DNA of 64,000 bases. Origin: Chthonomonadales bacterium. GTDB lineage: Bacteria > Armatimonadota > Chthonomonadetes > Chthonomonadales > CAJBBX01. Below, piece by piece: positions 8,966 to 18,968 of this stretch. The stretch covers positions 23,367-87,366 of the forward strand of contig JBBIPC010000011.1 in the NCBI GenBank assembly GCA_037443035.1. The letters run 5' to 3'. The position numbers and the translations under genes were made by a program. How positions within the stretch are numbered: the stretch's first letter is position 1; every line of letters starts with the position of its first letter. Below the pieces are notes generated by a model. That model had not been told where the DNA came from. It did no database searches and worked only from the letters and a program-made list of their open reading frames with translations.

Positions 8966-10998
8966 GCGCGGCTGGTCCGACGCTTCGGCTTGGGTCGAAC
9001 GCCGATCTGCTCTGCAGGCACGAACCGGCGCAAGTCGGCGATCTCGTCCCGCAAGCGGGCCGCTCGCTCGAACTCCAGCGCCCGGGCCGCTTCCTTCATC
9101 TGCTGCTCCAGTTGCTCGATGAGTTCGACGACCTGGTCGAGAGGCATCCGCTCGACGTCCACGAGGTCCCTGCGAGCACGATACGTAGCATGCTCCTCCG
9201 CCACCCTCTCGGCAGCGATGAGCTCCCGGACTGCCTTTTGGACGGTCTGCGGGGTGATGCCGTGAGCTTCGTTGTAAGCGATCTGCACGGCACGACGACG
9301 GTTCGTCTCGTCAATGGCTCGTTGCATGGAGCCGGTGATGTTATCCGCGTACATGATGACCTGGCCACTGACGTTGCGAGCCGCGCGGCCGATGGTCTGC
9401 ACCAGAGATGTCTCGGAACGGAGGAACCCTTCCTTATCGGCGTCGAGGATAGCGACGAGGCTGACCTCCGGCAGATCGAGACCCTCCCGGAGCAGGTTCA
9501 CGCCCACAACAACGTCATGCACGCCGACCCGAAGGTCTCGTAGCACCTCGGCTCGGTCCAGCGTCTTCACGCCGTAATGGAGGTAGTTGACCTTGATGCC
9601 CAGCTCTTCGAGGTATGCCGACAGGTCCTCGGCCATACGTCGGGTGAGTGTCGTGACGAGAACTCGTTCGCCTCGCTCTGCGCGCAGGCGTATCTCATGG
9701 ATCAAGTCATCGATCTGCCCGTGTGTCGGGCGAACGATGATCTCGGGATCCACGAGGCCGGTGGGGCGGATGATCTGCTCTACAATCTGTGCGCTGTTGT
9801 TGCGTTCGAAGTCGGCCGGTGTAGCCGAGACGAATACGACCTGCTTCACGCGGTCGAGCCACTCGTTGAACTTGAGCGGGCGGTTATCGCGAGCAGATGG
9901 CAGGCGGAAGCCGTACTCGATCAGCGTATCCTTCCGCGCCATGTCCCCGGCGTACATTCCGCGAAGCTGGGGGATGGTCTGATGGGACTCATCCACGAAG
10001 ACGAGGAAATCCTCTGGGAAGAAATCCAGCAGGGTATAGGGTGGCGTCCCCGGTGGGCGACCGTCCATGTGCCGGCTGTAGTTCTCGATGCCGCTGCAGT
10101 ACCCTAGCTCCCGCATCATCTCCAGATCGTAGCGCGTCCGCTGCTCGATCCGCTGGGCTTCGAGAAGCTTCCCGTGGGCTGTGAACCACTCGACCCGTTC
10201 CCGCATCTCGGCTTCGATGTTCCGCATAGCCTCTTCCATCCTCTCGGCAGTCGTCACGAAATGGCTGGCCGGGAAGACGGTGACCTCGTTCCTGCGCATG
10301 AGGACTTCGCCTGTAACAGGACTCACCACCGTAATGCGCTCGATTTCATCGCCGAAGAACTCCACACGGATGATGACCTCTTCGTCGATCGGCTGGATTT
10401 CGAGCACATCTCCTCTGACGCGGAAGGTGCCGCGCTGGAGCTCCAGATTGTTCCGCGTGAACTGCATGTCCACGAGACGCCGGAGGACATCCTCCCTGCG
10501 AATGGTCTGGCCGACCTTCAACGAGCAGATGATGCTGGCGTACTCGGCGGGTGAACCCAACCCGTAGATGCACGAGACGGAAGCAACGACGATGACGTCC
10601 CGGCGCTCGAGCACGGCCTGAGTGGCCGAGTGCCTGAGACGGTCTATCTCGTCGTTGATCTGGGCGTCCTTCTCGATATAGGTATCGGTCTGCGGGATGT
10701 ATGCTTCGGGCTGGTAGTAGTCGTAGTACGAGACGAAGTACTCGACGGCGTTATCCGGGAAGAATTCGCGAAACTCGCTGCATAGCTGAGCCGCCAGCGT
10801 CTTGTTGTGGGCGATGACGAGGGTTGGGCGCTGGACGCGCTGGATGACGTTGGCCATGGTAAACGTCTTGCCAGTTCCAGTGGCACCCAGAAGCGTCTGG
10901 AAACGATGGCCAGCGTTGAGCCCTTCCACCAGGCGTTCCACGGCCTGGGGCTGGTCTCCCTGCAGCTTGTATTCGGAGCGTAAGCGGAAGTCAGGCAT
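8962..10998 (-). CDS. uvrB: Excinuclease ABC subunit B
   Basis: [73 protein letters not shown] motif, C-terminal UVR domain. Start at MPDFRL (10998); the ORF-track extension to 11652 reads through a repeat. Confidence 0.97.
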   Translation of the reverse strand: MPDFRLRSEYKLQGDQPQAVERLVEGLNAGHRFQTLLGATGTGKTFTMANVIQRVQRPTLVIAHNKTLAAQLCSEFREFFPDNAVEYFVSYYDYYQPEAYIPQTDTYIEKDAQINDEIDRLRHSATQAVLERRDVIVVASVSCIYGLGSPAEYASIICSLKVGQTIRREDVLRRLVDMQFTRNNLELQRGTFRVRGDVLEIQPIDEEVIIRVEFFGDEIERITVVSPVTGEVLMRRNEVTVFPASHFVTTAERMEEAMRNIEAEMRERVEWFTAHGKLLEAQRIEQRTRYDLEMMRELGYCSGIENYSRHMDGRPPGTPPYTLLDFFPEDFLVFVDESHQTIPQLRGMYAGDMARKDTLIEYGFRLPSARDNRPLKFNEWLDRVKQVVFVSATPADFERNNSAQIVEQIIRPTGLVDPEIIVRPTHGQIDDLIHEIRLRAERGERVLVTTLTRRMAEDLSAYLEELGIKVNYLHYGVKTLDRAEVLRDLRVGVHDVVVGVNLLREGLDLPEVSLVAILDADKEGFLRSETSLVQTIGRAARNVSGQVIMYADNITGSMQRAIDETNRRRAVQIAYNEAHGITPQTVQKAVRELIAAERVAEEHATYRARRDLVDVERMPLDQVVELIEQLEQQMKEAARALEFERAARLRDEIADLRRFVPAEQIGVRPKPKRRTSRA

Positions 10999-11167
10999 CG
11001 TTCTCTGAATCATACGGTGGCGGTCGAATGGCAGTATACCTGTCGGTTCCTCTGGCCCCAGGAACAGGTCTGGCGAGCCATACCAACGGACGATCCCCAG
11101 TGAGAGGTACCCTATGAGCATGAGGGCAGAGGCAATATGAGGGGTGACGTGACGGGCGATATGACGC

Positions 11168-11409
11168 GCGATGAATCGCCCGTCTACGATGGACGAAACC
11201 CACGTTCGTGGGTTGGGCCTGTTCCGCGTGCGGGATGTGCTTCTTAGCGTGGCGAGTTGCTGGATGGCAGGTCTGAGCGATGGCCAAGGCGGCCGGGCGA
11301 TGAATCGCCCGTCTACGATGGACGAAACCCACGTTCGTGGGTTGGGCCTGTTCCGCGTGCGGGATGTGCTTCTTAGCGTGGCGAGTTGCTGGATGGCAGG
11401 TCTGAGCGA
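11168..11409. repeat. Exact 113-bp direct duplication (11168-11280 and 11297-11409) containing REP-like palindromes
   Basis: Identical copies, period 129 bp, separated by tggccaaggcggccgg. Contains gcgatgaatcgcccgtctac (GTAG-initiated on the minus strand) and the hairpin aacccac-gttc-gtgggtt. Confidence 0.9.
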
Positions 11410-11425
11410 GGAGGAGGCTAGGACG

Positions 11426-13267
11426 ATGCATTGTTCTTGGTGGTCGGTTGCCATGATTGTATCCGTTGTCTTCATGGGAGTTTCTCTGTCGTCGGCGGCC
11501 GGCGGCGCACCAGGAGGGCAGATCATTCGTGTGCGTCCCAACGGCAGTTCCGATTCAGGCCCGGGCATCCGTGCTGCCATCGAGCGCGCCATGGCGGCTG
11601 GCACGGGCGCTACGGTGCTTCTGGAAGAGGGGACATACCGGGTGAGTGCCACCAGCCCTCGGGGCTATTGCTTCAGCATTCAAGGGGCCAAGGGGATCAC
11701 TGTAGGCGGCGCCGGAGCGAAGACGAAGATTGTCGTCACGGCCCCGGATGCGGGCGCCTTTCTTGTCGTGAACAGCGAGAGTGTGACGCTCCGGGATTTC
11801 ACGATAGATTACGAACCCGTTCCCTTCTGTCAGGGGCTCATTCGACAGGTGAATCCCGATGAAGGGTGGTTCGATCTCGATGTTGCCCCCGGCTATCCCA
11901 CACCCGACGCGCCGAACTTCGTCGGTGCCATGGAACCCTACGGCAAATGGGGGATGATCCTGGATCCCGCAGTCCGTCGCATTCGTGCCGGAACCATTGA
12001 CCATTTTATGACGCCCAAATGGGAGCATCGCGGCGACCGCGTGTGGCGCTTCTTCGTCAACGGTGACCACTACCGCTGGGGCCTGCGAGACATGCGCGTG
12101 GGCGATAGCTATGTTCATCTTGCCCGCGGCTACGGCAGCGCCATCCTGGCCCAGGGGTGCGATGGCGTTCGCATCGAGAACGTTACCGTCCACGCCTCGC
12201 CGGGGTTGGCGGTCGGACTCGTGGGCAACCGGGGCGCCATTGTCGTCAGGGGGCTGCAGGTCCGGTTTCCGAAGGGTTCCACCCGATTGCTGACGACGAA
12301 CGCCGATGGGGTGCACTGCCAGCAGAATCGCTCCGGGCCGATCATCGAGAACTGCTACTTCGAAGGTATGGCCGATGACGCTGTGAACATCTACGCTCCG
12401 CCGAATGTGCTGCTGGAGAAGAGAACCTCATCGGAGTGGCTAGTAAGCTCTGGCTGTTCGATCCTTCCTGGCGACACTCTCCAGGTCCTGGACCCACGCA
12501 CAGGGCGAATCAAGAGCGTCGTGAAAGCCACGACGGTTCAGCGCGAAGGCTCGGCGCTGCGTATCACGTTGGAGCAGGGTTGCGAAGACGCCATGCCCGG
12601 CACGAGTCACCAGGACGGGGATACGCTATACAATCTCAGTGCGTGCGGTGCTGGATTCCAGATTCGACGCAACCGGATTGTCGGCAACCGGCGATACGGG
12701 TGTCTGCTCCGTGCGCATTCCGGCGTGGTGGAGGAGAACGTCTTCGTGGACATGACGGGTGCCGGCGTCACAGTCGTGAACGAGCCGGACTGGCCCGAGG
12801 GGCCCGTACCATTCGGAGTCACGATTCGCCGCAACCGCTTCGTACGTGGCGGTACCTGCCGGGGATACGCCGACGCTGAGCACGGTCAGGTATTCATCCG
12901 GGGCGTCCGCATGGGTTTCGGCCTGGCATCCGAGCCGACCGTGCGGGACATCACCGTGGAAGCGAACACGTTCGAAGACTACCTCGGATATGCCCTGGTC
13001 GCCGGCGCCGTGGACAGACTGACCGTTAGGGACAACACGATGAAGGCTTCGCATGCCGAGCGTGTGCGACCCGGCAGCGCGATGGCATTCGAGCGTTGTC
13101 GGAGCGTTGTTGTCGCAGATAACGCGGTAGACGACCGTCGCTCGAACACCCTGTCAGCCGTCGAGATTCGTCCCGACGTTGTCCCCGGCGATGCAGGGTG
13201 CCGTATCACCGGCTTGCGGGCGGCATTGCCCGCGGACAAACCCGTCGTGGATGATCGGAGACGCTAG
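11426..13267 (+). CDS. Secreted right-handed parallel beta-helix protein, GH110 alpha-galactosidase-like
   Basis: RBS GAGGAGGAGG, then ATG 11426 and a signal peptide; motif [36 protein letters not shown] resembles the GH110 catalytic AD...EGMxDDxxN region; many beta-helix repeats. Confidence 0.7.
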   Translation: MHCSWWSVAMIVSVVFMGVSLSSAAGGAPGGQIIRVRPNGSSDSGPGIRAAIERAMAAGTGATVLLEEGTYRVSATSPRGYCFSIQGAKGITVGGAGAKTKIVVTAPDAGAFLVVNSESVTLRDFTIDYEPVPFCQGLIRQVNPDEGWFDLDVAPGYPTPDAPNFVGAMEPYGKWGMILDPAVRRIRAGTIDHFMTPKWEHRGDRVWRFFVNGDHYRWGLRDMRVGDSYVHLARGYGSAILAQGCDGVRIENVTVHASPGLAVGLVGNRGAIVVRGLQVRFPKGSTRLLTTNADGVHCQQNRSGPIIENCYFEGMADDAVNIYAPPNVLLEKRTSSEWLVSSGCSILPGDTLQVLDPRTGRIKSVVKATTVQREGSALRITLEQGCEDAMPGTSHQDGDTLYNLSACGAGFQIRRNRIVGNRRYGCLLRAHSGVVEENVFVDMTGAGVTVVNEPDWPEGPVPFGVTIRRNRFVRGGTCRGYADAEHGQVFIRGVRMGFGLASEPTVRDITVEANTFEDYLGYALVAGAVDRLTVRDNTMKASHAERVRPGSAMAFERCRSVVVADNAVDDRRSNTLSAVEIRPDVVPGDAGCRITGLRAALPADKPVVDDRRR

Positions 13268-13306
13268 TACACCATGGATGCCTATCACTTCTTGAGAGGT
13301 GCGCTG

Positions 13307-14944
13307 ATGAGACCCCTCCGCTTTGCCGCGTACATGTTCCTGCCCGCCCTGGCGGCAAGCCTCTTCGGGCAGTCGCCCAGCCTGAAGCAAACAGTGATGA
13401 TCCCCATGCGGGATGGGGTACGGTTGGCCACAGACGTCTACCTACCCCAGGGTCAGGGGCCCTTCCCCGCTATTCTCGTTCGCACGACGTACAACAAGGC
13501 TGGTCTGCAAGGTCTCGGTGAGGACGGTGTGCGACGGGGCTATGCCGTGGTGATTCAAGACACCCGTGGGCGCTACGCGTCGGAAGGCGAGAACCTGCCA
13601 TTCGAGACGGATGGATGGTGGGGAGGGCGCCAGGATGGCCTGGATACAGTGGAATGGATGGCCCGCCAGCCCTGGTGCGGCAAGATCGGTACTCTAGGCG
13701 GCTCGGCGCTTGGCATTACCCAGCTTCTGCTTGCTGGTACAGGTACGAAGCTGGTGAAGGCTCAGGTGATCCATGTCGGTGCCCCCCGAGCCTACGGTGA
13801 CATGGCTTTCTCCGGCGGCGTTTTCCGCAAGGCCATGGTCGAGGACTGGCTGCGGATCACCCAGTTCAGTCCGGATGCCCTAAGGCGGTGGACCAGCTCG
13901 GATGTCTACACCGACGCCTGGAGGGAACGGGATCTGTCGCTGCGCTATGGCAAAGTCCATGCTGCCGCGGTACATGTGGGCGGTTGGTACGACATCTTCT
14001 CCCAGGGGACCATAGACGCGTTCCTCGGATATCAGACCAAAGGCGGAGCGGGCGCTCGCGGGACGCAGAAACTGATCATGGGACCGTGGACCCACGGGAT
14101 CTTCCAGGACAAGGCTGGTGACCTGATGTTCCGGGACGGTCGCAATCCTCCTGGCATGGTCCGGGATCAGTGGGCGTGGTTCGACTACCACCTCAAGGGC
14201 ATCCAGAACGATGTGGTAAAGGAACCGGCCGTGACCTACTACACCATGGGGGATACCAGCGATCCACGGGCGCCCGGCAACGTATGGCGCAGATCGTCCA
14301 CGTGGCCGCCGCCCGGCACGAAGGGTCAGACATACTACCTGACGGCAGACCGGAAGCTATCCACGACGAGGCCCGGCGAGGAACGATCGCTGGGCTACAA
14401 CTACGACCCTCGGAACCCGGTCCCCACGACTGGCGGTCCCCAGCTCACGTTGCCTGCGGGTGCTAGAGATCAAAGGGAGGTCGAGAAGCGGCATGACGTT
14501 CTCGTGTTCTCGACAGAGCCGCTCGCGGAGCCTGTCGAGGTAACGGGACGAGTGACGCTGAATCTCTACGTCTCCAGCGACTGCCCCGACACGGATTTCG
14601 TCGGGAAGCTCTGCGACGTGTACCCGGACGGACGTTCGTACAACGTCTGCGAGGGGATCCTGCGCGCACGGTTCAGGAAGTCCTTTAGCAAGCCGGAGAT
14701 GATGGAGCGGGGCAAGATCTACAAAGTACCGGTGGATCTTTGGTCAACGAGCATTGTTTTCAATCGCGGCCATCGGATCCGCGTGCACGTGACGAGCAGC
14801 AACGCTCCAGGCTGGGATCCGAACCCGAACACGGGCGAACCCTTCCGAGCCTCGAGCCGCATCCGGGTGGCCCGAAATACGGTCTACTTCGGCGGCAAGC
14901 ACGCCTCCCATATCGTCCTGCCTGTGGCGAAGGTGAAGCCCTGA
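13307..14944 (+). CDS. CocE/NonD-family serine hydrolase (S15-like)
   Basis: IPMRDGVRLATDVYLP, QDTRGRYASEG, nucleophile GGSALG, GGWYD, MGPWTH, C-terminal PepX_C-like DTDFVGKLCDVYPDG. Start at 13307 (alternative 13274). Confidence 0.9.
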   Translation: MRPLRFAAYMFLPALAASLFGQSPSLKQTVMIPMRDGVRLATDVYLPQGQGPFPAILVRTTYNKAGLQGLGEDGVRRGYAVVIQDTRGRYASEGENLPFETDGWWGGRQDGLDTVEWMARQPWCGKIGTLGGSALGITQLLLAGTGTKLVKAQVIHVGAPRAYGDMAFSGGVFRKAMVEDWLRITQFSPDALRRWTSSDVYTDAWRERDLSLRYGKVHAAAVHVGGWYDIFSQGTIDAFLGYQTKGGAGARGTQKLIMGPWTHGIFQDKAGDLMFRDGRNPPGMVRDQWAWFDYHLKGIQNDVVKEPAVTYYTMGDTSDPRAPGNVWRRSSTWPPPGTKGQTYYLTADRKLSTTRPGEERSLGYNYDPRNPVPTTGGPQLTLPAGARDQREVEKRHDVLVFSTEPLAEPVEVTGRVTLNLYVSSDCPDTDFVGKLCDVYPDGRSYNVCEGILRARFRKSFSKPEMMERGKIYKVPVDLWSTSIVFNRGHRIRVHVTSSNAPGWDPNPNTGEPFRASSRIRVARNTVYFGGKHASHIVLPVAKVKP

Positions 14945-15072
14945 GTGGTCCTTTGCTGTGGCGAAGATGCACTCCGGAGACGCCCTTCCGCGGGCCAGTG
15001 CCGGCGTCGCCCTTCGAAGCGTCGCCGTAGCCCGTTTCGGAACCGGCGCCAGCGGCAGCTGCCGAGCTCTCC

Positions 15073-15557
15073 CCGGTCGTTTCGATACGTCCCGACGCTT
15101 GGCGCCGGGGCACTCAACGACCGGTTGCGTGACGTTGGCGCAGGAAGAACCTGCGGCTACACGGCCTTCGGCCGTAAGGCATCGGGACGTTGCTTGTCGG
15201 CGTGGGACGCGCAGCGTGTAGCCGCCGCTTCTTGCGGCGCCATGGGCGGTGGTTGAGTAGTCCCGATAGCGATCGGGACGTATCGAAACCACCGCTCAAA
15301 GCCCTGATGCCCGGGTCGAGTTGCGGGTATGGGTTGCCGGTCGTTTCGATACGTCCCGACGCTTGGCGCCGGGGCACTCAACGACCGGTTGCGTGACGTT
15401 GGCGCAGGAAGAACCTGCGGCTACACGGCCTTCGGCCGTAAGGCATCGGGACGTTGCTTGTCGGCGTGGGACGCGCAGCGTGTAGCCGCCGCTTCTTGCG
15501 GCGCCATGGGCGGTGGTTGAGTAGTCCCGATAGCGATCGGGACGTATCGAAACCACC
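15073..15557. repeat. Exact 221-bp direct duplication (15073-15293 and 15337-15557) of a MITE/REPIN-like unit with 21-bp terminal inverted repeats
   Basis: Left end ggtcgtttcgatacgtcccga versus right end tcgggacgtatcgaaaccacc (20/21 match as reverse complement); internal inverted pair gcggctacac/gtgtagccgc; 43-bp spacer between copies. Confidence 0.9.
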
Positions 15558-15578
15558 AGCGCCGTAGTGGAGGTAAGC

Positions 15579-18500
15579 GTGAAACTACCAATGCTGCTAT
15601 GTGCGTGGCTCGTGAACACGGCGCTCCTCGCAGGGAATGAGCCACAGACCAAGCTGCGTCTGCTCTGGAAGGTGGAGACGCATACGCTGCTCGAGAGCGC
15701 GCCGACCCTGGCGGACATTGACGGTGACGGGCTCGACGAGATACTCGTAGCAGCCCGCGAGGAGCTGATCGCGTTCGACGGAGGCGGGCACCGCCTCTGG
15801 GGACATCGTACAACGAGAAGGTACTGCACGTATCCGGCGGTGTGGTCCGTTCGTGGGCGAAGGCCGCTGATTTACGTGGCAGATACAGGAGGGAACCTGA
15901 CGTGCCTCGATGGCCGCGGCCGCGTCCGGTGGGAGCGGAAGCTTCGTGCAGGAGCTGAATGGGCTGCGCCAGTCGTCGCGCCATTGCTACCTTCCCGAAC
16001 ACCGGTCGTGATCCAGGCCGATGCCTCGGGCACCGTGAGCGCGTTCGTAGCAGAGACGGGAGCGCCCTTGTGGGCTGCCGATGTCGGTGCAGCCGCAGTG
16101 AGCCCTGCGGTAGGTGACGTGGACGAGGATGGCACCGCCGAAATCGCCGTGACCACGACCGCCGGACGACTTGTCTTGCTCGATGCCTACGGCAAACAGC
16201 GCTGGGAGCGCACGGCTGGCGCTCGCTCCCAGACCTGGTCCGCCTCGGCACCCGTCATGTTCGAGGCCTCTAGTGGCGAACGTCGCATCGTAGTGGGTGC
16301 CAACGAAGGAGCGGTGACGTGCTATGACGCCCAGGGCACGCTTCTATGGCGACGTGCCACGCGTGGTTCCGTGGCGTCCAGTATCTCTGCATGCGACATG
16401 GACGGTGACGGCATGACCGACGTCTTCGCGATCGCACAGACCGGCCATGTGTACCGATGGGACGAAGATGGCCGACCACTATGGGACCTGGACATGCAGG
16501 GCAGGACCATCGCGGCTCCAGCTCTCCTGGACATGAACGCGGACGGTCGCATGGAGTGCATGATCTGCACACAATCGGGACGGCTGCTGTTGCTGGACTC
16601 GGACGGGAAGTACCTGACCGGTAGGAGCTTCCCCAATCGGACGATCAATATGACACCGACCTTCGGCGACGTTTCCCGTCGGTGGTCCGGATACGAGATG
16701 GTCATCACCGGGGGAGAATCGGGGCGCATCTACTGCTTTGGCACCGGAGTGTCGTTGACGGATCCCCGACGCCGTCCATGGGTTGCGTACAGACAGAACG
16801 CTGCGAAGACCGGTGCGTGGTTCGGCATCCGCGGCCTGCACTGGACGGGGATGAGAATCGTGCCCGAGAGCTGGGCGAGCTTCGGTGCAGGCATGCCATT
16901 GCGGTTCGAGATTCGTGCTCCTGCCTGGGCCCGGCTGCCACTTGTGGCACGTGCGGTGTGCAACAAGCCGGATGGATCCCAGCAATCGGCCCTGGCTCCC
17001 ATCCTCGGTCACACCGGCGCGATCGAGTTGCCACTCGAGGTCAACGCGAGCGGGACCTACCGGTTCGCCTGGACGTGCAGGGACGCAGGCGGCCGCATGG
17101 TCGCGTCAGGCCGTCGGGAGACCGTGCTCCGACCCCTGGAGAGGGAACGCGGCATGGCGCGGGAAGCTGCTGTCCGATTGCGGCATGCGGCGGGCGTCAT
17201 CGGAAGTCGGCACGCACCTACGGCAGCGGCGCTGCAATCCGAAGCTGCTGCCGTCGAGACGGACGCGGAAGGCCTCATGCACGATGCCGACCCCTCGACT
17301 GTTCAGGAGCGTGCCGCGAGTCTGCTAAGGCGTTGTCTTCGCGGCATCAGAGTGGCCAGGGCAGTCCTGCGAGCATGCGCAGCGGGGGCGGACCCGTCGC
17401 TACTCGTCTTCGAGGGGGCGCTGTGGCGATCGGACGACGTAACCTCAGCAGTGCCGGACCGGTACGCGGCATCTCCGACCACGAAGCGGTGCGTGGTGGC
17501 GGGCGAGCACGATCCCGTGTCTGTCAGATTGCTAAACACGACGGACCATGACTTGAGGGTCCGTCTGAGCTACGCGACAAGCCGTGGGGGGCCCCAGGTG
17601 GCGCTGTACCGGAGTACGGCCGTGCCGGTTCTCCATGGTCCACCAGCCTGGGACGCTCTGGTACCCATTCGTGACGGGGAGGATGTCGTCATCCGGCCCC
17701 TCCAGGTGTGCGAGACCTGGCTCGATGTCAGCTTCGCCGCCTCATCGTCGGGAGCAGCGGAAGTGATACTTCGCTGTCAACCGGAAAGTGATGTCGCGCC
17801 GGTGGAAGCGCGAGTAACGTACGGTGTCCTCCCCTTCTCGGTGGCCCCCTCTGGTGCGTTCCGACTGTGCGCATGGGCGAATCTGGGAGCGGCGGAAATC
17901 ACTGACCTGCTCGCTCACGGAAACAACGTCTTCATCGTGCCAATGCCACGGCCTATCTACTCGCCAGACGGTACGCTACAGAGGTTCGACTATGGGACGT
18001 CGGACGAGATCCTGTGCCACCTTCGCGGTTACGACGTTGTAGTACTCGTGTCGGGCATGCCGGCCCTGAAGGCCCTCATAGGATCAGCGACCTACCAAGC
18101 GCAGTTGGGTGCACTGCTGCGCGATCTGAAGCAGCACTTGCGCGAATACGGTGTGGACGCATCTCACTATGCGCTCTATCCCTATGACGAGCCTGGTGGA
18201 GCGGGATGGCCCACCGTCCAGGCTCTGGTTCGCTTCGGGCGCATCGTCAAGCAGGTGGACCCCAGGACACGGATTTACGTAGATGGCGGGGCAGATCCGG
18301 CAATGGCGCGCGCAATGGCTCCAGTCGTGGATATCTGGTGCCCCGGCATTCATCAGCTCTGCGATGACTCCCCGGAGATGGCGATCATTCGGGGGACGCG
18401 CAAGGCACTATGGTCCTACGACTGCGCCTACGCGTATTCCACATGCATGCGCGCCAGCCTCAAGAACACGCATATCGTGGCCGAATACCGCACGGCTGCG

Positions 18501-18926
18501 CTCTTCGCCATGAGGTACGGAGCGACCGGTATCGGGTTCTGGTCGTACAACATCGGGCCGGATCCTTGGCAGGCCCAGGACATGGACTATCCTCTCGTCT
18601 ATCCTGGCCCGAACGGACCCATCACCAGTCGGAGATGGGAAGCAGTACGGGAGGGGATCGAAGATGTCCGCATTTTGCTAGCGTTACGCCGACGTGCGCC
18701 ATCTGCTCCGCCTCCTCTCCGCAAGCGAATCGAGGCGCTCATCGGTAAGAGGCTTCCGCAGCTTCTCGACCGCGCACACCGGGAGATGACCATGGGTCTC
18801 GGTGCCGTCAGCTTCTACCACAGCCTGAACGAGGGAACGCTGGCGGCATTTCGGCGGGAGATGCTCGACTGCGTGGAACGGCTCTGCCGGACGCCTTCGA
18901 CCGGCAACGGTCGTGCGCAGCACTGA
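15579..18926 (+). CDS. Secreted FG-GAP/PQQ-like beta-propeller fused to a C-terminal DUF4091 (GH123-like) TIM-barrel region
   Basis: Repeated DxDGDG motifs (DIDGDGLDEI, DVDEDGTAEI, DMDGDGMTDV, DMNADGRMEC); C-terminal YPYDEPG, VDIWCP, GIGFWSYN, YPGPNGPITSRRWEAVREGIED. GTG 15579 after GGAGGT. Confidence 0.72.
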   Translation: MKLPMLLCAWLVNTALLAGNEPQTKLRLLWKVETHTLLESAPTLADIDGDGLDEILVAAREELIAFDGGGHRLWGHRTTRRYCTYPAVWSVRGRRPLIYVADTGGNLTCLDGRGRVRWERKLRAGAEWAAPVVAPLLPSRTPVVIQADASGTVSAFVAETGAPLWAADVGAAAVSPAVGDVDEDGTAEIAVTTTAGRLVLLDAYGKQRWERTAGARSQTWSASAPVMFEASSGERRIVVGANEGAVTCYDAQGTLLWRRATRGSVASSISACDMDGDGMTDVFAIAQTGHVYRWDEDGRPLWDLDMQGRTIAAPALLDMNADGRMECMICTQSGRLLLLDSDGKYLTGRSFPNRTINMTPTFGDVSRRWSGYEMVITGGESGRIYCFGTGVSLTDPRRRPWVAYRQNAAKTGAWFGIRGLHWTGMRIVPESWASFGAGMPLRFEIRAPAWARLPLVARAVCNKPDGSQQSALAPILGHTGAIELPLEVNASGTYRFAWTCRDAGGRMVASGRRETVLRPLERERGMAREAAVRLRHAAGVIGSRHAPTAAALQSEAAAVETDAEGLMHDADPSTVQERAASLLRRCLRGIRVARAVLRACAAGADPSLLVFEGALWRSDDVTSAVPDRYAASPTTKRCVVAGEHDPVSVRLLNTTDHDLRVRLSYATSRGGPQVALYRSTAVPVLHGPPAWDALVPIRDGEDVVIRPLQVCETWLDVSFAASSSGAAEVILRCQPESDVAPVEARVTYGVLPFSVAPSGAFRLCAWANLGAAEITDLLAHGNNVFIVPMPRPIYSPDGTLQRFDYGTSDEILCHLRGYDVVVLVSGMPALKALIGSATYQAQLGALLRDLKQHLREYGVDASHYALYPYDEPGGAGWPTVQALVRFGRIVKQVDPRTRIYVDGGADPAMARAMAPVVDIWCPGIHQLCDDSPEMAIIRGTRKALWSYDCAYAYSTCMRASLKNTHIVAEYRTAALFAMRYGATGIGFWSYNIGPDPWQAQDMDYPLVYPGPNGPITSRRWEAVREGIEDVRILLALRRRAPSAPPPLRKRIEALIGKRLPQLLDRAHREMTMGLGAVSFYHSLNEGTLAAFRREMLDCVERLCRTPSTGNGRAQH

Positions 18927-18934
18927 TGTCCGCA

Positions 18935-18957
18935 AGGGGCGGGCATGGCCCGCCCCT
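18935..18957. terminator. GC-rich hairpin between convergent genes, likely bidirectional terminator or REP
   Basis: aggggcgggc-atg-gcccgcccct, perfect 10-bp stem; no long U tract. Confidence 0.5.
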
Positions 18958-18968
18958 CCGACGCAATG

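Noticed and set aside
10999..11652. 896-aa UvrB and 698-aa beta-helix ORFs with duplicated N-terminal peptides
   Set aside because: Both extensions read through the 129-bp-period repeat (a multiple of 3); homology and RBS support starts at 10998 and 11426.
14744..15829. Cluster of short ORFs with repeated peptides (e.g. MSAPAPSVGTYRND) suggesting a transposase or peptide array
   Set aside because: They are translations of the 221-bp palindromic duplication and show no protein motifs.
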